Source: Pyrinomonadaceae bacterium (GTDB lineage: Bacteria > Acidobacteriota > Blastocatellia > Pyrinomonadales > Pyrinomonadaceae). From it: a stretch of DNA of 64,000 nucleotides. This document shows, piece after piece, positions 62,077 to 64,000 of the stretch (position 1 is its first letter; every line of letters starts with the position of its first letter). The DNA lies in the NCBI GenBank assembly GCA_046261995.1, contig JBHENP010000016.1, forward strand, positions 9,098 to 73,097, written 5' to 3'. The notes beneath the pieces were generated by a model that was not told the origin of the DNA, did not search any database, and worked only from the letters and a program-made list of their open reading frames with translations. Made by a program: the position numbers and the translations under genes.

Positions 62077-64000
62077 CTAAGGTCGGAAGCGTTGCCGGAA
62101 CTCCCCGCTGGTAATGAAAGACTTCACCATCTCCGCTGCGACATAGTCGCCTGCGTGGTCATTCAGTTTCATAAACCAGAAGTTGTAGCCCGCGAAATCA
62201 ACATCCGGAGGGGCATTCGGGTTGCGCCGGAGGTAACCGACGTACTGCATGTAGACAAAAGCGCGATTGAACTCGCGCTGGTGGAAGTCGGCATCCTCAG
62301 CCACGGCCCTCACCATCTCCGCTCGCGAACGACCGGAATTGACGAGCACGTCGCGCTCGGCTGGCGAGAGGGAACCCCCTGTGTTGGCGTTCAGGGTGTC
62401 AACGAACTGAGTCACGGGCATTGAGACCGGGTATAAACCAAGGAACTCCGGACGCAGCACAAAGTCATTGAAGAACGACACGGTGTTAGCTTCGAGTTGT
62501 GCCTCCCAGCCGGGCTGATTAACTACGACGCCGCGCCCGATCTGTTGCGTGTCAGAAAGGAACCTGCTTTTGTCGAGCGCCGGGCCTGCAGTGAATGCCG
62601 TCTGGTGTGCCCGGTAGACGAGAAATCCCGTTTCCTGAAATTCGATTGAGATGAAGAAGGCCGCCGAGACGTGGATGCGTTTAATTTCTATACAAGCCTG
62701 ATCCGTACCGCAGGACGTGATTTCGTTGGTCCAGAATTCTAAACCCGGCGAATCGGGTTCACGGTTTAAGAAGTCGACATAGTTCTGGCGGACGTAGAAG
62801 CGCGCCTCGTCTACGATGTTGTTGACCGACATACACGTCGAGAGCGCCCGGTTCACGTTGAGGCGTCCGCCGCTCGTCGTTTTGTTTGTGAGGGCCGCGA
62901 CTGGATCGGTGTTGGTGATGAGCACGCCCTTGAGTCCGGCGGCGGTCAGTTGGCAGCGCGAAAGCAGCAAAGCGGCCGCGCCCGCCACGTGCGGTGCTGC
63001 CATTGAGGTGCCGTTGAAAAAACCATAACCGCCGCCTCGCAGCGTCGAGAACACGCTTACGCCGGGCGCGCCGAGGTGCACACTCGTCTGCCCGTAATTA
63101 GAAAACGAAGCGATGTTATCGGCGCTGTCAGTGGCGGCGACAGTGAGGATACCTGGCTCCTTATAACTTCCGGGATAAGTGGGCATGACGTCGTTGTCGC
63201 GAGCAATAAAGTCGTTCCTGTCGCCGTTGCCGGCAATGGCGACGAAGAGCATGCCGTTGTCCTGTGCTCGCCTGATCTGATCGAGCATTGCCTGGCTGGG
63301 TCCACCCATCCACCAACTATTGTTGATGATTTGCACGTTCGCTCCACCCGCCGGCCCAAATCGCTGCCGCGCCTGGATTGCAAACTCGAGGGCCTTGATA
63401 GCATTGGAGATCGAGCCGCTGTTGTTGCTGTTGAGCCACTTGACAGACATGAGCCTGGCGTTCCAGTTGACCCCAGCCACGCCCTGACTGTTATTACCAA
63501 CCGCGCCGATTATCCCCGCCACGTGAGAACCGTGATTGTGATCGTCGAGTGGGTCGCAATTGTTGGCGATGGCGTTAAAGCCGTGCGAGCCTGCGCCGCA
63601 ATTGATCGTCTGCCCACCGATGTTAACTGAGAAAGCCTCTGGGGCCGACCAGATGTTGGCGACGAGGTCAGGGTGGTTGAAATCAACGCCCGAGTCGGCG
63701 ACGGCAATCACGATGGAGTCGAGTCCAGTCGTAGTATCCCATGCCTGCTCGGCCCCAATCTTCCGCATCCCGTAGAGTTGTCCGTAGGAGGTGTCGTTCG
63801 GAAACGCTCCGCCATAGGCGAGGTAATCCGGTTCAACGTAGACGACATCTGAGCGTCTGGAGAGCTCTGCAAGCAAGGTCTTCGTGTCCTTGCTCGATGA
63901 ACGGAGGAGCCGTACACCAGCTCCGCTCAGTTCAACATTGAGATCGAGATCAAGAGCCTGGGCCATTGAAGCTGCCGTTCCGCTATCACGAAACTTGATG
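62077..64000 (-). CDS. S8 (subtilisin-like) serine peptidase with C-terminal DUF4214-like repeats; 5' end outside the window
   Basis: Catalytic triad contexts VADSGVD, HGSHVAGIIG and GTSMAAPHVAGAAA. C-terminal FYVRQNYVDFLNREPDSPGLEFW-type repeats. The frame stays open upstream of the Met at 63966 to the window edge. Confidence 0.88.
   Translation of the reverse strand, partial: IKFRDSGTAASMAQALDLDLNVELSGAGVRLLRSSSKDTKTLLAELSRRSDVVYVEPDYLAYGGAFPNDTSYGQLYGMRKIGAEQAWDTTTGLDSIVIAVADSGVDFNHPDLVANIWSAPEAFSVNIGGQTINCGAGSHGFNAIANNCDPLDDHNHGSHVAGIIGAVGNNSQGVAGVNWNARLMSVKWLNSNNSGSISNAIKALEFAIQARQRFGPAGGANVQIINNSWWMGGPSQAMLDQIRRAQDNGMLFVAIAGNGDRNDFIARDNDVMPTYPGSYKEPGILTVAATDSADNIASFSNYGQTSVHLGAPGVSVFSTLRGGGYGFFNGTSMAAPHVAGAAALLLSRCQLTAAGLKGVLITNTDPVAALTNKTTSGGRLNVNRALSTCMSVNNIVDEARFYVRQNYVDFLNREPDSPGLEFWTNEITSCGTDQACIEIKRIHVSAAFFISIEFQETGFLVYRAHQTAFTAGPALDKSRFLSDTQQIGRGVVVNQPGWEAQLEANTVSFFNDFVLRPEFLGLYPVSMPVTQFVDTLNANTGGSLSPAERDVLVNSGRSRAEMVRAVAEDADFHQREFNRAFVYMQYVGYLRRNPNAPPDVDFAGYNFWFMKLNDHAGDYVAAEMVKSFITSGEFRQRFRP

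Overview
A 64-kb chromosomal window, moderately GC-rich, from a Gram-negative bacterium. An Acidobacteriota-like origin is my inference only. All homology calls come from motifs I recognise by eye, with no database search. I see about 55 protein genes, mostly housekeeping. Left to right: a CDP-alcohol phosphatidyltransferase, greA, pfkA, atpD-atpC, pdxJ, a GT2, an S41 protease, an rlmI-like methyltransferase, a methylmalonyl-CoA mutase catalytic subunit, a Tat-exported polysaccharide deacetylase and orphan oppD/oppF-type ATPases. Then a MacA/MacB-type efflux operon (one adaptor, one ATPase, four tandem FtsX permease paralogs) and an FHA / Ser-Thr kinase / RDD / FHA-GAF-PP2C signalling cluster. 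Then bshB1, Nfu, bshA, selB, a GH5, a GT39, an APC permease with an aminotransferase, mgtC, hemB, a thioesterase with an aryl-CoA ligase, a serine hydrolase, OsmC and a partial S8 peptidase. I saw no rRNA, tRNA, CRISPR array, transposase, integrase or phage genes. Three things stand out. (1) Two adjacent selenoprotein genes are split or truncated by the ORF track at in-frame TGA codons: a short GrdB-family protein, and a peroxiredoxin with Sec at the peroxidatic position. selB lies 37 kb away in the same window. (2) Two genes are decayed: a DUF1111-type di-haem gene with three same-direction 1-nt indels at homopolymers, and a truncated AAA+ gene. (3) Intergenic DNA is saturated with palindromic repeat elements: about 24 copies in at least 12 sequence types, roughly 2.5 kb by my tally. 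One class is built from degenerate 7-nt tandem units, and several copies overwrite gene starts or ends. I did not find a convincing new multi-gene system such as a defence island; the findings are ranked accordingly.
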